From the human T2T-CHM13v2.0 reference genome, Homo sapiens, in NCBI RefSeq assembly GCF_009914755.1, contig NC_060927.1: 64,000 bases of DNA; one strand, 5' to 3'. A program made the position numbers and the translations under genes. This document shows positions 57,305 through 64,000 of the stretch, piece after piece; the first letter of the stretch is position 1, and each line of letters starts with the position of its first letter. The notes under the pieces were generated by a model. That model was not told where the DNA came from and did not search any database. It worked only from the letters and a program-made list of their open reading frames with translations.

Positions 57305-57990
57305 ACATTTGCATGTTTTCTAATTATGTACAACGCTATCAATTTTCTATGTGTTCCTTTATATCTTTTTAAAAATCTTATGTGTTGGAGGTTTATTCAT
57401 ATTGATAAACATAGTTTTAGTTTTTCTTCATTTCCCTGCCATATGTTTCATTCTATAATTAAATTCAATGGACATTTTAGTTTTTTCTTTCATTTTGTTT
57501 TATAAACAAAGCACATAAGAATATTTTGAATAATATGTACAGTATCTCCACCATCTTAGCTAAAGGTATGTTGTGACTTTTAAATAAAATGAGACAATGT
57601 AAAAAAAATGTTTTGAACACTCTGTAAAAGAGACATAATATAAGGAATAAATGACATCTTAACTTTCTTAAGCATGGAATCATTGATTATTATGGTAGGC
57701 ATAGCTTACAATCTATTAGAAAAATATAAATTTATTTATAAGATTGATGTACTAATTTTTACCCAGAACAGCAGAGTATGACTGTATTGTTGCACATATA
57801 CCTGATATTTACATATTTTGGTAATCTTGTGAGCATGAAATTGTATCAACTGGAATATTTAATTTATATGTTCCTAATTTCAAAAACAATTTTTTTTGTT
57901 TTTTCACTTTTTTTTTCTTTTTTGTGAAAGGTACATTGATAGATTTTATTTATTTTTGTATTGGAATTTGTTCCTTCCTATTGATGTGAA
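57305..57990 (-). mobile_element. old L1ME-like fragment between the two large L1s
   Basis: ttggaggtttattcatattgat, aatggacattttagttttt, gcatgaaattgtatc..ttaatttatatgttcctaatt. Confidence 0.45.
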
Positions 57991-58378
57991 GAATTTTAAT
58001 TTTTTTATTACTTATATCACCTCATTTATTTTTTATTTTAAATTTTTTCCCATAAGTTTTGAGGTACAGGTGGTATTTGGTTACATGAGTAAGTTCTTTA
58101 GTTGTAATTTGTGAAATTTTAGTGCACCCATCACATGAGTAGTATACACTGCACCATATTTGTAGTCTTTTATTCCTCACCTTCCTTCGCACTCTTCACC
58201 CCAGTACCCAAGTCCATTATATCATTATTATGCCTTTGTTTCCTTATATCTTAGATCCCACATATCAGTGAAAACATACGATGTTTGGTTTTCTATTTTT
58301 GATTTACTTCACTTAGTCTCCAATCTCATCCTGTTCACTGCAAGTGCTGTTAATTTATTCATTTTTATGGCTGAGAGG

Positions 58379-58382
58379 TATT

Positions 58383-58444
<62 letters not shown>

Positions 58445-58510
58445 TATATATTCCATCATATATATATATATATTCCATCATATACATATATATGTACATG
58501 TATATATATG
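58379..58510. repeat. (TA)n/(CA)n expansion with triplicated tattccatcatata motif inside L1PB
   Basis: motif at 58379, 58449 and 58471. Confidence 0.9.
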
Positions 58511-59549
58511 TGATGCACACATACGTGTGCAAGTATCTTTTTTGAATAATACTTCTTTTCCTTTGGGTAGATACCCAGCAGTGAGATTGCTGGATCAAAT
58601 GGTAGTTCTACTTTTAGTTCTTTAGGGAATCTCCACACTGTTTCCCATAGTGGCTCTACTGGTTTACATTCCCACCAGCAGTGTAGAAGTGAAGTGTTCC
58701 CTGATCACCACATCCATGCCAACATTTACTGTTTTTTGATTTTTTGATTATGACCATTCTTGCAGAAGTAAGGTGGTATCGCATTGTGGTTTTGATTTGC
58801 ATTTCCCTGATCATTAGTGATGTTGAACATTTTTTCATGTGTTTGTTGGCCATGTGTATATCTTCTTTTGATTATTGTCTATTCATGTTCTTAGCCTGCT
58901 TTTTGATGGGATTGTTTGTTTATTTCTTACTGTTTGAGTTCATTGTAGATTCTGGATATTAGTTCTTGTTAGATGTATAGATTGTGAAGACTTTCTCCCA
59001 CTCTGTGGGTTGCCTATTTACTCTGCTGACTGTTCCTTTTGCTATGCAAAATCTCTATACTTTAATTAGGTGCCAGCTATTTATCTTTGTTTTTAATACA
59101 TTTGCTTTTGGGTTCTTGGTCATGAACTCCTTGCCTATACCAATGTCTAGAAGGGTTTTCCAAAGTTATCTTCTAGAATTTTTATAATTTCTGGTCTTAG
59201 GTTTAAGTCCTTAATCCATCTTCAGTTGATTTTTGTAGAAGGTGAGAGATGAGGATTCAGTTTCATCCTCCAACATGTGGGCTAGCCAATTACCCCAGCA
59301 CCATTTGTTGAAAAGGGCGTCCTTTGCCCACTTTATGTTTTTGTTTGCTTTGTCAAAGATCAGTTGCCTTTAAGTATTTGGGTTTATCTCTGGGTTCTCT
59401 ATTCTGTTTCATTGGTCTATGTGCCTGTTTTTATACCAGTGCCATGCTGTTTTGGTGACTATGGTCCTATAGTATAATTTGAAATCAGGTAATGTGATGT
59501 CTCCAGATTTGTTCTTTTTGCTTAGTCTTACTTTGGCTATGCAGGCTCT

Positions 59550-59818
59550 TTTTTGGCTCCATATGAATTTTAGAATTGTTTTCTTTTTCTAATTCTGTGA
59601 AGAATAATGGTGGTATTTTGATGAGGATTGCATTGAATTTCTAGATGGCTTTTGTCAGTATGTTTATTTTCATAAACATATTAATTTTTTGGTTCCATAT
59701 GAATTTTAGAATTGTTTTTTTCTAATTCTGTGAAGAATGATGGTGGTATTTTGATGGGGATTGCATTGAATTTGTGGATTGCTTTTGGCAGTATGTTTAT
59801 TTGCACAATATTGATTTT
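59550..59818. repeat. ~135-bp tandem duplication within L1PB ORF2
   Basis: ttttgg(c/t)tccatatgaattttagaattgttt..gtatgtttatt present twice. Confidence 0.92.
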
Positions 59819-62800
59819 ACCAATCCATGAGCACAGGATATGTTTCCATTTGTTTGTGTAATCTATGATTTCTTTCAGCGGCGTTTTGTAATATTCCTTT
59901 TAGAGGTCTTTTGACTTCTTTGTTAGGTATATTTTTAAGTATTTTATTTTATTTCATTTTATTTTATTTTATTTATTTTATTTTTGCTGTTAATTGTAAA
60001 AGGAGTTAAATTCTTGATTTGATTCTTCACCTAGTCACTGTTGGTGTATAGAAGAGCTACTGATTTGTATATATTAATCTCATATCCAGAAAGCTTGTGG
60101 AATTATTTTATCCATTATAGGACCTTTCTGGAGGAGTCTTTAGGGTTTTCAAGATAAACAATTATAACATCAGCAGTGACAGTTTGTCTTCCTCTTTACC
60201 AATTTGGATGCCCTTTACTTCTTTCTCTTGTCTGATTGCTCTGGCTAGGACTTCCAGTACTGTGTTGAAGAAGAGTGGTGAGAGTGGATATCCTTGACTT
60301 TTTCCAGTTCTCAGGGGAATGTGTTCAACTTCTCCCCATTCAGTATTATTTTGGCTGTGGGTTTGTCATAGATGGCTTTTATTACATTAAGGTATGTCCC
60401 TGGCATGCCGATTCTGTTGAGCGTTGTAATCATAAAAGGATGCTGGATTTTGTTGAATGCTTTTTCTGCATCTATTGAGATGATCATGTGATTTTTGTTT
60501 TTAATTCTGTTTATGTGTTGTATCACATTTATTGACTTACATATGTTAAACCATCCCTGCATCCCTAGTATGAAACCCACTTGATCATGGTGGATTATCT
60601 TTTTGATATTTTGTTAGATTTGGTTAGCTAGTATTTTGTTAAGGATTTTAGTGTCTATGTTCATCAAGGATATCAGTCTGTAGTTATCTTTTTTTGTTAT
60701 CTTCTTTCCTGGTTTGGGTATTCAGGTGATGCTGGCTTCATAGAATTAATTAGGGAGGGCTCCTTCTGTCTCATCTATCTTGTGGAATAGTGTCAAAAGG
60801 ATTGGTATAAATTCTTTGAATATCTGGTAGAATTCTGCTGTGAATCTGTCTGATCCTGGACTCTTTTTTGTTGGTAGTGTTTTAATCACCATTTCAATGT
60901 CACTGCTTGTTATTAATCTGTTCAGGGTGACTAATTCTTCCTAATTTAAGCTAAGAGGGTTGTGTATTTCCAGAAATATTCCCATCTCTTCTAGGTTGTC
61001 TAGATTATGTGTGTAGAGGTGTTCATAATAGCCTTGAATGATCCTTTGTATTTCTGTGGTGTTCATTGTATTATCTCCTGTTTCACTTCTTAGTGAGGTT
61101 ATTTGAATTTTCTCTCTTCTTTTCTTAGTTAGTCTTGCTAATGGCCTATCAATTTTATTTATCTTTTCAGGAAACCAACACATTTTGTGTCATTGATATT
61201 TTGTAATTTTTTAAATCCAATTTCATTTAGTTCTGCTCTGATCTTGGTTATTTCCTTTCCTCTGCTGGGTTTGGGTTTGGTTTGCTATTGTTTCTCTAGT
61301 TTCGTGAAGTGTGACCTTTGAATGTCAGTTTGTGTTCTTTCAGTCTTTTTGATATAGGCATTTAGGGCTATGAGCTTTCCTCTTAGCCCTGCCTTTGCTA
61401 TATCCCAGAAGTTTGGGTAGGTTGTGTCATTATTGTCATTCAGTTCAAATAATTTTTTAATTTCCATCTTGATTTTGTTTTTGACGCAACGCTCATTCAG
61501 GGACAGGTTATTTAATTTCCATGTATTTGCATGGTTTTGAAGGTTCCTTTTGGAGTTGATTTCCAGTTTTATTCCACTGTGGTCTGAGAGAGTGCTTGAT
61601 ATAATTTCAATTTTCTTAAATTTATTGAGGCTCATTTTATGATCTATCACTTGTATCTTGGAGAAACTTCCATGTGCTGTTGAATAGAATGTGTATTCTG
61701 CAGCTGTTGGATTAAATATTTTGTATATATCTGTTAAGTCCACTTGTTCCAAAGGTATAATTTAAATCCATTGTTTCTTTGTTGAGTTTCTGTCTTGATG
61801 ACCTGTCTAGTTCTGTCAGTGGAGTGTTGAAGTCTTCCACTATTATTGTATTGCTGTCTATCTAATTTCTTAGGTCTATTTGTAATTGTTATAAATTTGG
61901 GATCTCCAGTGTTAGGTGCATATATGTTTAGGATTGTGACATTTTCCTGGTGAACAAGGCTTTTTGCCACCATATAATGTCACTTTTAGTCTCTTTTAAT
62001 GCCGTTGCTTTAAAGTTTTTTTCTTTTTTTTTTTTTTTCTGATATAAGAATAGCTACCCCTGCCTGGTTTTGGTGTCTATTTTCATGAAATGCCTTTTTC
62101 CATCACTTTACTTTTAGTTTATGTGAGTTCTTATGTGTTAGGTGAGTCTCCCGAAGGCAGCAGATAGGTAGTTGGTAAGTTCTTATCCATTTTGTGGTTC
62201 TATATCTTTTAAGTAGAGCATTTAAGTCATTACATTCAATGCTAGTATTGAAATGTGAGGTACCGATGCATACATCATGCTCTTTGTTGCCTGTGTATTT
62301 TTTTTGTTTTGTTTTTTGCTTTTTAACTTGTATTTTTGCTTTATAGTTCCTGTGTGATTTATGCTTTAAAGAAGTTCTGTTTTCATGTTTTTTTCAGGAT
62401 TTGTTTCAAGATTTAGAGTTCCTTTTAGCAGTTCTTGTAGTGGTGGATTGGTAATGGTGAATTCTCTCAGGGTTTTTTTTTTGTTTTTGTTTTTGTTTTT
62501 TTTTTCAGAAAAGGAATGTAATTTTGCTTCATATATGATGCTTAGTTTCACTGGATACAAAATTCTTGGCTGATAATTGTTTTGTTTGAGGAGGCTGAAG
62601 ATAGGGCCCCAATCCCCTCTAGATTGTAGGGTTTCGGCTGAGAAATCTGCTGTTAATCTGATAGGTTTTCCTTTATAGGTTACCTGGTCCTTCTGTCTCA
62701 CAGCTCTTAAGATTCTTTCCTTCATCTTACCTTTAGATAACCTGATGACAATGTCTAGGTGATGTTCTTTTGGCAATAAATTTCCCAGGTGTTCTTTCTG

Positions 62801-64000
62801 ATCCTTGTATTTGGATGTCTAGGTCTCCAGCAAGGCCAGAGAAGTTTTCCTGGATTATTCCACCAAATACATTTTCCAAGCTTTTAGAATTTTCTTCCTC
62901 AGGAATGTCAATAATGCTTAGGTTGGTTGTTTAACATAATCCCAGACTTTTTGCAGGCTTTGTTCATATTTTTTACCTTTGTTGAATTGGGTTAATTCGA
63001 AGACCTTGTCTTTGAGCTGTGTATTTCTTTATTATACTTGTTAAATTCTATTGCTGAGACTTTCCAGAGCATTTTGCATTTTTGTAAGTGTGTCCGATGT
63101 TTCCTGAAGTTTCAACTGTTTTTTATTTATGCTATCTATTTCCTTGAATATTTCTGCCTTCACTTCTTGTATTATTTTTTGGATTTACTATATTGGGCTT
63201 CACTTTTCTGTGATGCCTCTCTGATTAGCTTAATACTTAACCTTCTGAATTCTTTTTTAGGTAAATCAGGGATTTCTTCCTGGTTTGGATCCACTGCTGG
63301 TGAACTAGTGTGATTTTTTGTGGGTGTTAAAGAGCCTTGTTTTGTCACATTACCAGAGGTGGTTTTCTGGTTTCTTCTTGCTTGGGTAGTCTCTGTCAGG
63401 GAGAAGGTCTAGGGCTGAAGGCTGTTCTTCAGATTCTTTTGTCCCATGGGGTGTTCCCTTGATGTAGTGCTCTCCCCCTTTTCCTATGGATGTGGCTTCC
63501 TGCGAACCAAACTGCAGTGATTGTTGTCTCTCTTCTGGGTCTAGCCACTCAGCAAGTCTACCCAGCTCTGGATTGGTACTGGGGATTCTCTGCACAGAGT
63601 CCTGTGATATGAACCATCTATGGATCTCTCAGCTGTGGATACCAGAGTCTTTTCTGGTGGAGGTGGCAGGGGGGTGAAATGGACTCTGTGAAAATTCTTA
63701 GCTTTGATGGTTTAATATTCTATTTTTGTGCTGCTTGGCCTCCTGCCAGGAGGTGCTGCTTTCCGGAGAGCTTCAGCTGTGGTAGTATGGAGAGGAACCA
63801 GTGGTGGGCCAGGCTCTAAAATTCCCAAGAATATATGCCCTTTGTCTTTAGCTACCAGGGCAAATTGGAAGGCCCATCAGGTGAGGGCAGGGCTAGGTAT
63901 GTCCAAGCTCAGGCTCTCCTTAGGGGGGGGTCTTGCTGTGGCTGCTGTTGGGAGTGGGGGTGATGTTCCCAGGTCATTGGAATTGTGTACCTAGGAGGAT

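Larger units (their letters stand above)
58025..64000 (-). mobile_element. near full-length L1PB (L1PB1/2-like) running off the window; ORF2 ~62275 to ~58255, ORF1 ~63380 to ~62380, both disrupted
   Basis: 3'UTR like the 19772-21655 copy; minus-strand remnants KMKERILRAVRQKDQVTYKGKPIRLTADFSAETLQ (ORF1), [35 protein letters not shown] (ORF2). Confidence 0.95.

Overview
AT-rich, CpG-depleted primate (human-like) genomic DNA, intronic or intergenic. I could not support any host protein-coding exon, tRNA, rRNA or CRISPR array. Much of the window is interspersed repeats: a full-length but disrupted L1PA6/7-like LINE-1 (+, ~51150-57295), a near full-length L1PB (-, ~58025 to the window end), a 5'-truncated L1PB (+), older L1M, L2, L3 and MIR fragments, seven Alu loci, MaLR/ERVL LTRs, two decayed ERVL internal segments and hAT DNA transposons. 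The only ORFs in the supplied track with recognisable homology are L1 ORF1/ORF2/ORF0-region or ERVL pol remnants; the rest look spurious. Most notable are two independent tiny retrocopies that appear to consist only of an ERV LTR R region plus poly(A): HERV-W/LTR17 at ~27.35 kb and a MER41-like copy with a 16-bp TSD at ~46.1 kb. Also notable are an orphan L1 5'UTR piece inside a MIR, an Alu with swapped monomer order, two fold-back palindromes and a candidate recursive splice site. Subfamily names come from recalled consensus motifs, not alignments, and boundaries of old repeats are approximate.
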